Below are positions 56,484 through 64,000 of a stretch of 64,000 nucleotides of DNA, piece after piece. Source of the DNA: a virus. The stretch is taken from positions 32,001 to 96,000 of IMG/VR virus record IMGVR_UViG_3300020183_000008; one strand, 5' to 3'. Below the pieces are notes generated by a model. The model was not told the origin of the DNA and made no database searches. It saw only the letters and a program-made list of their open reading frames with translations. Numbering within the stretch: position 1 is the stretch's first letter; each line of letters begins with the position of its first letter. The position numbers were made by a program, and so were the translations under genes.

Positions 56484-59400
56484 AATTTTCCTAACAACCG
56501 ACCTCTGATTTTGAAAACATCAAACGAATTGTCAGCGGAGAAGTTTGAATTAGTAACTTCAACACTTTGACCTTCGCAGAATTTTGTTTCCACTTTCAAC
56601 AGATACTCACCTTTACGGAAATGACCTGTAGGATCTTCGATCACTTGCTCTAAGAAATATAAAACGGCTTGTTTTTTGGTCTCAGCGATGACATCAGCAC
56701 CCACCGAATAATAGTTAGACCCTTTAAAGGTACCCCTATCATTATTTACGTTATCTTTAGAAATATAATTCTCTCGACCCATAACGTGAGGCATACCAAA
56801 CTCAGGATCAAGATTAGATCCGGAAACGATAGAGATGTCAAAAGCATAAGCGCGGTCTTTAAGGAAATGAATGCCGAAACCATCGCTTATTGGTGCCATG
56901 CCTGAATTTGAAGTGAATCGCATCAGAAGTTTAGTGAATTCAGAATACCAAATATCGTTGTTAGAAATCTCTAAAGATGAATTAACATCTTCTAGGTAAG
57001 GATTAACAAACCCGACCCCTCTCAAAACATCAGAAGAACTTTGAAAGTTTAACTGTAAGTTAACTGAGTTTACAGTAGTTGATGTGGCTGTACCTGTCGT
57101 ACGTTGAGTGAATACAAGTCTGTTCCAACCCGTTGAGAGCTCATCACTCACTCTGTACACATGATCACCACCGCTAGTTTTGAGCAATAAAGACACGTTC
57201 AAAACTTTAGTCGGATCTGGCATATAGACCCAAAACACAAGTTGCTTGTTATTCAACAATGTACCTGATGAATCGATGACATCAGAGAAATCAGAAGATG
57301 CCAAAGACCCTCTTGTGATTTCACCGACAGCACTCGATGTTCCTGTTTTGCTGAATCGAATAGTGTCCGAATCGAACATCCTTCGAGTATTATCATTCAG
57401 GACTACGTTTGTCGTATTTGCGTTATCAGCCGTCCAGTTTTGACGAGATTCAAAACTACTTAGAGCAATATTCTGACTTAGTGTAAAGTCGGCGTTTAGG
57501 CTGATACCTTTATGCCAAGTGTAACTTTTCGCTCCAAGCGGATCATTTTTAAGATCTGAATCTTTATCAGCGAAGGCTTTTGGTAGTTTTGTGATAATAG
57601 GAGCGAATTTTTTCGGTATTGTTTCATTCGTACCGCTCGTGCCACTTGTATGCACAAAAAATCCATCGCAACGACTGACGATCTTAGTTTTGATGTAGCT
57701 ATTTGCGTTATTACCGAACGAAGTCAGGCTTGTAATACCTTGATACGGGTTGTAATCATAAAAAATCTGAAGTCTTTGGTTTATGGCTAGAGGGTAGGCA
57801 CGATTTACTACAACTTCAACCTTTGAGTTAGCACTGCTTCCAACGGGTGTACTCAAACTCAAAAGGACTGTCGAACCTTTGATTTCAGAAACACACTCCG
57901 TCTGAACACCATCGATAAAACAAACACTCGAAAAAAGATTCAACCCTGCTACTTCAGACTGTGTTGAAAAAACGATGTTCCCAGCGTTAAATCCAACCTG
58001 AGTTAAATTTGAACCCGCAACCACAGTTTTGCTTAAAATTTCTACAGTTGAAAACTCATCGATAGATTTATTTAATTCTTGAAATCTAACCGCGCTAGTA
58101 GCAAGACCTACTCCGATTAAAGCGGATGATCCTAAAGCGATAGCGTTGTTAAAAGTAATCGTAAACGTGTTATCAAAATTCCGTCTAATTTCGTTGATTG
58201 CTAGAGGAGAAGATGTGCGAGTGATCTGGACGTTGTTCACTTTCACCCAATGAACGTGGGTGATGGGTGTACCGCCATGTGTAGCGGAAATTGTGTAACT
58301 CTGAGAACCATCCCCTGACACTGTGATGAAGCCTAAAGTCGTAAAGGCATAATCCTCGCTGAACCCGATGATGTAATCATGCGCGGATGCAGAAGTAGTC
58401 AAAGATGAAGTCTTAATACCATCAGCATCATTCTTAGATACGAAGCTGAAATTTGTATTATCTCGGACTTCATAAACTTTATGAACTTCTTCTGGGACAA
58501 AAGATAATCCGTAACCCGCAGGGAAAGATATATCAAATTCAGCTACTAATTCTTGTGTTGTAACACCAGATGGAATCGATGAAACAGAACAAATCAAAGT
58601 TGAGTTGCCTAGAGGAACCGTAGAAACTGGAACCTCGACACGAGATTCTAAAGCACCTGAACGAACTAAAGCATAAAGTTTTAGGTCACGTCCACCAAAC
58701 ACGGTGCCCGCAGGGTTAGATGCGACTACGTTGATTACGAATTGGTCATTGACTGCCCAAGAATTCAATGAATTTACAACGGTTCGGTCGCTTAAATTGA
58801 TTTTTTGAGATGTAAATTGAAGATTTTCTGAATCAGAAATGATGCGACGTTGAGCGTTAGGTTGAGCTACATCCAAAACACCTGTCTGATCTACGGCTGA
58901 CATACCATCAATATGAAGACCTAACCCGTTGTAGTTCAAATCCGAACTCAAAGGGCTTTGAATCAAAGCAGTGTTGAGAGTACCTTCCAAAAGAGCCGTA
59001 AAATTGTTTTCGAGAAATTCATCAAATACTGGTTTAGTGACGATAAAATTTCTCATGTCCTGTAGGTCACGAGGCTCGATTTTATCACTAAAAAGATGGT
59101 CAGGGCGATCAGATGTTACATCTGCGATAACTCGACCTGCACCATTTAAATTCAAAAGGCTGAAAGGTGCAGCGTTTCTGCGATGGATTCTGAATAAAGG
59201 AACAGCGTAAACGTAACCATCAACTGTCCCTAGGGTGTTGCGGGATGCACTCGTCCCATCACCTGAAACAAAAATACCTGAATCTTCATCGTGCCGAGAA
59301 AATGCATAAGCCGTGGGATAAGCCATCGACCCTTGAGCAAACACGGTAGATGAATCAGTCACACCATCAGGGTGCGCTCCGAAATTGACCCCCTGAACTG

Positions 59401-59989
59401 TGCGAATTCTGTACTGAAGCTGAACACGCGAAGTTGTAGATGTGCCGATAGGAGAAAAATAAATATCATCTTCGAGGGGTGTGATGCCACTCTGTACATT
59501 ACCATAAGGATAAATTGTGTTCGTGCTAGGTTTACCTTGAGAAACTAAGGGTTCTAACTGCATGTACCACAATTCGAGAATAACCAAATCTTGCCGAGCA
59601 CCCGTGCCTGGAGCAGGTGGTAAGGTGATCACTAATTTCGAGGGATCATTGGTATTTGTCCCACCAATCTCAACAAAGTCACCGAGAAGATTGAACCTAA
59701 AAGGTTTATCCAAACTATTTTTAACGATGAATGTATTAGGTGTATTTGTAAAGTTCACCCCGTACTGCTCACCACTTTGGTCATAGCCAACACTAAAAGG
59801 ATTATTAGCTGGTAGGAACCCTGAAGGGTAAATAGAACTAAATGCATCTCTCGAAAGAGATGATGAGAGGTCCCCGAGGAAATTCAGTTCTGAGTCGAGC
59901 GGTGGTTTACTCGGTTTGAATATAACACTCCGATAGCTCGAATCGCCTTTTTCAAGTGTTCTTGTTGTTCCGTTGTAGTTTCTCATCAA
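56480..59989 (-). CDS. Large virion structural protein (baseplate/fibre-like), paralogue B
   Basis: 1169 aa, S/T/N-rich. Shares FKPSKPPLDSELN, GTVDGYVYAVP..IHRRN and SDRPD with the upstream gene. Confidence 0.7.
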   Translation of the reverse strand: MMRNYNGTTRTLEKGDSSYRSVIFKPSKPPLDSELNFLGDLSSSLSRDAFSSIYPSGFLPANNPFSVGYDQSGEQYGVNFTNTPNTFIVKNSLDKPFRFNLLGDFVEIGGTNTNDPSKLVITLPPAPGTGARQDLVILELWYMQLEPLVSQGKPSTNTIYPYGNVQSGITPLEDDIYFSPIGTSTTSRVQLQYRIRTVQGVNFGAHPDGVTDSSTVFAQGSMAYPTAYAFSRHDEDSGIFVSGDGTSASRNTLGTVDGYVYAVPLFRIHRRNAAPFSLLNLNGAGRVIADVTSDRPDHLFSDKIEPRDLQDMRNFIVTKPVFDEFLENNFTALLEGTLNTALIQSPLSSDLNYNGLGLHIDGMSAVDQTGVLDVAQPNAQRRIISDSENLQFTSQKINLSDRTVVNSLNSWAVNDQFVINVVASNPAGTVFGGRDLKLYALVRSGALESRVEVPVSTVPLGNSTLICSVSSIPSGVTTQELVAEFDISFPAGYGLSFVPEEVHKVYEVRDNTNFSFVSKNDADGIKTSSLTTSASAHDYIIGFSEDYAFTTLGFITVSGDGSQSYTISATHGGTPITHVHWVKVNNVQITRTSSPLAINEIRRNFDNTFTITFNNAIALGSSALIGVGLATSAVRFQELNKSIDEFSTVEILSKTVVAGSNLTQVGFNAGNIVFSTQSEVAGLNLFSSVCFIDGVQTECVSEIKGSTVLLSLSTPVGSSANSKVEVVVNRAYPLAINQRLQIFYDYNPYQGITSLTSFGNNANSYIKTKIVSRCDGFFVHTSGTSGTNETIPKKFAPIITKLPKAFADKDSDLKNDPLGAKSYTWHKGISLNADFTLSQNIALSSFESRQNWTADNANTTNVVLNDNTRRMFDSDTIRFSKTGTSSAVGEITRGSLASSDFSDVIDSSGTLLNNKQLVFWVYMPDPTKVLNVSLLLKTSGGDHVYRVSDELSTGWNRLVFTQRTTGTATSTTVNSVNLQLNFQSSSDVLRGVGFVNPYLEDVNSSLEISNNDIWYSEFTKLLMRFTSNSGMAPISDGFGIHFLKDRAYAFDISIVSGSNLDPEFGMPHVMGRENYISKDNVNNDRGTFKGSNYYSVGADVIAETKKQAVLYFLEQVIEDPTGHFRKGEYLLKVETKFCEGQSVEVTNSNFSADNSFDVFKIRGRLLGKL

Positions 59990-62900
59990 TCAACCTTCGT
60001 TCTGACTTTGATAATACGATCAGTTGGATAAAAGAGTTCAGCCGCACCTAAAATTCGGTTCGCTTCATTCTTCTGCCCTGTAGTCGATACAACCACCGCA
60101 TTGTTGTTAATTATTAGGGAATTAGCTTTACCTTGTTTTAATAAATTAAATTCAGGGGTTGAAACCCACTCTGCGGATGCAGTGGATGTCAGGGTGAATA
60201 ACAACAATTCGTTTTTGTAAATCCCGCGACCTACTGCGATGCCATAAACTATGTTCATAGTATTTTGACCTGTGCGGTACATGATCTTCACTTCAGAAGA
60301 CACAGCAGGTGCGTTTTTCAAAATGATCGTGTTATCCCTACCTCTAATTTCATCAATACTCTCAGGATCTAATTCTACCCCATCAACAAATACTTTAAGG
60401 TCGGGCATGTATATTTCATAGCAATCAGTGATATTTGTTCCTGAAAAAGCTGTTTTCAAATTCAAAAAGCTATCACTCTGAACAGTATGAACAGTGTACC
60501 AAGTCGTTGTCCCGAAAGGTCTGATTTTCATCCCAGGTACAAGAACTCGCGTGAAAAAACTACCGACCCCATTCACGGTTCTTTGTCCATTTTGAAAAGT
60601 AGCCACTTCATCAGGAATAAAAAGTCTACTTAGACAATAAGTACCGTAAATGTTCAGTATAGGCTCGCGAGTAGTAAATATCTTATTTGTCCCTGTGGTC
60701 TGAACGCTAAGATCCTCTTCGATCAGATCTGAAAATTTTCCACCTTGAATACTTATTTTCGGTGAAATTAAAGCTAAACCACGTCTTGGATAATTAGGAG
60801 ATGAAGAACTTGAAATCTTTTTGAAAACAAGACGGTCACCTTCCTCCAAGGGTTTAGTTTCGGGAAAATAAGAAAACGTGTAGTGAAATTTATTGGTAGC
60901 ACCTTTGTTTTCGACAGCGAAAGATGACACGTTTCTACTTGTGAATTCATAATCGTAGTCGGTGGAATTGATTGGAAGGCGTATTGTTTTTCCAACCTCG
61001 TGGTCGTTTCGAACAACACCCCCTGTGCCATTCGATGTTACGATCACATCATTTGATAAATACACCAAGTCAGCTTCCAACTCTTCATCATCAGATAAGG
61101 TATTCGAAAGACCTTGGTAAGGAATTGATGAATAAAGAATTGAGTAAAGGTCTGTGCCTAAAGGAGCGTAACTGCCTAGAACAGGAATTCGAACGGTCTT
61201 TCCTGCGGGAGGGGCAGTTAGAAAACTAACCGTTAAACTTATTGTATTTAAACCTGTGATAGTATCGATTTCTAACCAGGCACCATCTGTAGTCAAAGAA
61301 TCAGAAATGAAACAACCATACTTATAGGTGTTTGGTGTATCCTGATAACCAGCCAAGGCGTATACATACTCCATCCTGTTACCAGTCGAGGTCGCTTGCC
61401 TGATTGTGTAGTTTTTTTGATCAGCTACGGTGGTGATAGTCAAATAAGTCGTTCGGACAAAGTTTACCAAACCTCTATTTGGTGTGATGACCTCACAGCC
61501 CGTACCACCTAGCAACAGAGTAATTTTTATTACATCCGTGCTCGCCGGAAAGTAGGATGCGAAATTCACCTCGTAACTACCATCTGATTTTCTGGTTATT
61601 TTTGCATTTTGACCGAAGCCGAGAGGCAAATCAGCAGCGGTGTCAGCCTTCTGTACTCGCATGACAGTCAACACAGCCATGTTATCGATGGTAGCAGGGA
61701 CGGTCACTTTTGAAGTCCCGTTACCTACAGTATGCCAAACCCGTTCTACCAAACCACCTTTAATATCTTCTCTTGCTGTAGTCGGATTGATGAAATTAGA
61801 GGCAGGTCGAATGAAAGCACTGTCCAAGTATCCGTTAATGGTTCTTGTTACAGCGAGATTTCTGATTTTTTGATCCCGAGACCATAAGACTTCTTTTGAG
61901 GTCAAATCATCACGAACAGAATAAAAATCCGTAGGTAAATAGGATAGACCAGAACCCGCAGGTAACACTAAATCATACTCAACAAGAAGGGGTTTGCCTA
62001 GAATATCGTTGTTGTTAAGTGGTTTAAACGTAACTTTATTTTTCTTTAGCCTATCCCCAAGATTAACCCAACCAGAAATGCCCACCGATGTGTCAGCCGA
62101 TATTTCCGAACCCGTCGTAGCGTTGGTTACTTTAGGAATCTTCTTTAACCCGATGAAGGGGTTGTAATCTTGGTAGTCATCTGAGTCAGCACTCGTATAA
62201 AAAACAGGAGGTTCAATCTCTAACCTACCGTTCACTAAACTACCCGCTGTAATGTACTGAACTACACGCTCAGTCATTTCGTTATCAGTGAAGGATCTAC
62301 GAATTCCATTTGGTTTTCGTAGCATATTGTCCGCAATACCTGATCTTTCAGTTGTGGAAATACCATCGACCTGAAGATTTTTTGCGGAAAATAATTCAGA
62401 TGTGCCACCAAGAGAAAGACGATTAGGTAACCCATCCAAGATATCTCTTAGAGATTTGTCAGCGAGTGAGGGGTAATTTATATTGAAGTCGACCACATGA
62501 CGAAGGTCCTCAATTTCATGGTCTGCGATTTCATCTACGAAAAGACCATCAGGACGATCGCTTACAAGGTCTTCAATTTTTTTATTTCCACCGTTCAAAT
62601 TTGTTGAACTGTACGCTAAACGATTTCTACGGTGAATCGCACAAACAGGTAATGCATAGACATACCCATCAACGGTACCTAATGCACTCGTATCTGTATT
62701 TGTGCCACCTCCAGCAATAAAATGACCTTGAGGTGTTTTAACAAAATTTTTACCGATGATAGGACTTGTTTTTGCTCCTTGCGCAAAAACAGCGGGATGG
62801 TCTACACCTTCTCGAAATGATAGAAAATCCACACCTTCGACTACACGGTAACGATACTTGATTTGAGTACGTTTCGTCGTTTCGCGACCGATGTTAGAAT

Positions 62901-63417
62901 CAACTAAATCATTTGCGATCGGAGTACCTGCGTACTGCGAGTTTCCATATTTTGGAATGTAGGAATCACTTGAAATAACCTCTTCCCACACCTCAAGGAA
63001 AACCAAATCTTCTCGACTGCCGATGGATGGACCATCACCGATGATGAAGAAACTTGAGTTCTCATCACCATTGCCCAACATCTGCCAAACATTCTGCGTC
63101 GCATTAGCTTGGAACTGATTAGTTCCCCCGCCAACGTGAAACACATGCCCGTTTATCAACACAGTAGGGTTAGGAATGGAAATCGTATGTTTCCACACAT
63201 TCGTTCCACTCGAAGGACGACCTGTAATTGGACCTTTGATAACGAAACCACTCGTCGTTATCGCGGATACCAAGTTTCGGAGATTTTCCACACCGATCGC
63301 CTGAACAAGGTTCCACTCACTGTCGAGAGGAGGACGAAGAGGTTGAAAAACGACTCCTGTAAAGGATCTGTCTTCCGCTGGAAGCACTCTACTGGTTTTG
63401 TTTCCTAAATTCCTCAA
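59986..63417 (-). CDS. Large virion structural protein (baseplate/fibre-like), paralogue A
   Basis: 1143 aa. FQPLRPPLDSEWN, GTVDGYVYALP..IHRRN and SDRPD; fibre-like segment VNGVGSFFTRVLVPGMKI. Confidence 0.7.
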   Translation of the reverse strand: MRNLGNKTSRVLPAEDRSFTGVVFQPLRPPLDSEWNLVQAIGVENLRNLVSAITTSGFVIKGPITGRPSSGTNVWKHTISIPNPTVLINGHVFHVGGGTNQFQANATQNVWQMLGNGDENSSFFIIGDGPSIGSREDLVFLEVWEEVISSDSYIPKYGNSQYAGTPIANDLVDSNIGRETTKRTQIKYRYRVVEGVDFLSFREGVDHPAVFAQGAKTSPIIGKNFVKTPQGHFIAGGGTNTDTSALGTVDGYVYALPVCAIHRRNRLAYSSTNLNGGNKKIEDLVSDRPDGLFVDEIADHEIEDLRHVVDFNINYPSLADKSLRDILDGLPNRLSLGGTSELFSAKNLQVDGISTTERSGIADNMLRKPNGIRRSFTDNEMTERVVQYITAGSLVNGRLEIEPPVFYTSADSDDYQDYNPFIGLKKIPKVTNATTGSEISADTSVGISGWVNLGDRLKKNKVTFKPLNNNDILGKPLLVEYDLVLPAGSGLSYLPTDFYSVRDDLTSKEVLWSRDQKIRNLAVTRTINGYLDSAFIRPASNFINPTTAREDIKGGLVERVWHTVGNGTSKVTVPATIDNMAVLTVMRVQKADTAADLPLGFGQNAKITRKSDGSYEVNFASYFPASTDVIKITLLLGGTGCEVITPNRGLVNFVRTTYLTITTVADQKNYTIRQATSTGNRMEYVYALAGYQDTPNTYKYGCFISDSLTTDGAWLEIDTITGLNTISLTVSFLTAPPAGKTVRIPVLGSYAPLGTDLYSILYSSIPYQGLSNTLSDDEELEADLVYLSNDVIVTSNGTGGVVRNDHEVGKTIRLPINSTDYDYEFTSRNVSSFAVENKGATNKFHYTFSYFPETKPLEEGDRLVFKKISSSSSPNYPRRGLALISPKISIQGGKFSDLIEEDLSVQTTGTNKIFTTREPILNIYGTYCLSRLFIPDEVATFQNGQRTVNGVGSFFTRVLVPGMKIRPFGTTTWYTVHTVQSDSFLNLKTAFSGTNITDCYEIYMPDLKVFVDGVELDPESIDEIRGRDNTIILKNAPAVSSEVKIMYRTGQNTMNIVYGIAVGRGIYKNELLLFTLTSTASAEWVSTPEFNLLKQGKANSLIINNNAVVVSTTGQKNEANRILGAAELFYPTDRIIKVRTKVD

Positions 63418-63517
63418 ACTCTTTCTCCCTTTACACTCTTACGCGATGCAATTATCAAAACTTTACGAGTTCAGGATTTCTGATCAACTAAGCATAGTTC
63501 TTAGAATTATTGCTTAA

Positions 63518-63796
63518 TTAGCAGAACACAGCTCCCGAATACCTTCCGTTCGATATATAAAGCGTAACTCCATAAAGGGTGAAATCCATTTTTTGCACAC
63601 ACTCAGGGCAAAGAAAAGCATCGAAATGCTCGAAGTCCCCAACGATGCCTTCACCGATAGGATCTCCATCTTTATAGACGTTCCCAACAACACCTAACCC
63701 CAAAGTATGTACTTCCACATCACCTTGGTAGGAGCATCTTGAGCACGACCATCCCTTACACACAAATACACTTGTTTTTATCTTCGGAAGTTCCAT
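63518..63796 (-). CDS. Small Zn-finger-like hypothetical protein
   Basis: CSRC ... CPEC; TGcTATCAT lies 6 nt upstream of the ATG. Confidence 0.6.
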   Translation of the reverse strand: MELPKIKTSVFVCKGWSCSRCSYQGDVEVHTLGLGVVGNVYKDGDPIGEGIVGDFEHFDAFLCPECVQKMDFTLYGVTLYISNGRYSGAVFC

Positions 63797-63903
63797 CCTA
63801 AGATGATAGCAAATTTAATACAAACACAATTCTCATTTCAAAAACATCCACAAAGATGTCTGAAATAAATTTATGCTCATAAGAAACTACTCACTCTGGT
63901 CGC

Positions 63904-64000
63904 TCATATCAGAGAATTTCGACTCACCTCGTATCCCTTTTGGAGCTTGGCATCGAGTCTACAGTTAAGAGGGTTTTCTAGCTTCAGGAGCTCAAGCATC
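63904..64000 (-). CDS. Probable 3' end of a gene entering from beyond the window
   Basis: Open frame ...MLELLKLENPLNCRLDAKLQKGYEVSRNSLI-stop at the window edge. Confidence 0.3.
   Translation of the reverse strand, partial: MLELLKLENPLNCRLDAKLQKGYEVSRNSLI

Noticed and set aside
63841-63861. Short hairpin plus T-run near the right end
   Set aside because: An AT-rich 5-6 bp stem, consistent with chance.
1-64000. The many 60-125 aa ORFs nested in or antisense to long genes (e.g. 1062..1298, 6161..6466, 17515..17763, 32999..33322, 33707..34081, 42322..42558, 54540..54845)
   Set aside because: They are shadow frames of well-supported genes, with no motifs or translation signals.
1-64000. Stop-codon reassignment, as in some large phages
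   Set aside because: Conserved genes are full length in the standard code, and TAA, TAG and TGA all end genes at expected positions.
1-64000. tRNA, rRNA, CRISPR array, integrase or transposase
   Set aside because: None recognised, and intergenic gaps are mostly too short. tRNAscan or Infernal would be needed to exclude small RNAs.

Overview
This AT-rich, densely coding 64 kb window is part of a large tailed dsDNA phage genome with contractile-tail (myovirus-like) genes, read in the standard genetic code. It holds a packaging module (portal, large terminase) and tail/baseplate genes (tape measure, hub, spike, fibre, two giant paralogous virion proteins). The replisome is bacterial-style: family A DNA polymerase, DnaN clamp, DnaX loader, DnaB, a split primase and an SNF2 helicase. 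Other genes include NusG, up to three sigma-like proteins, DnaJ, Hsp20, PhoH and dUTPase. Two accessory loci stand out. (1) A plus-strand locus at 15.6-24.4 kb encodes four radical SAM/SPASM enzymes around a 196-aa protein ending in (Cys-His-x-Ser)3-RARR, plus an uncalled Cys-rich mini-protein and 2OG-Fe(II) oxygenases. It is a candidate phage-encoded RiPP-like protein modification system. (2) A dTDP-sugar (RmlA/B/D, no RmlC), glycosyltransferase and oxygenase cluster sits between the helicase/primase and the polymerase. At the DNA level I saw apparent total avoidance of GGCC, recurring -10 boxes 5-8 nt upstream of start codons (leaderless-type), and a perfect 26-bp palindrome containing the stop codons of two convergent genes. 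No tRNA, rRNA, CRISPR array, integrase, major capsid or sheath gene was recognised. All product calls come from motif recognition by eye; no database search was run.
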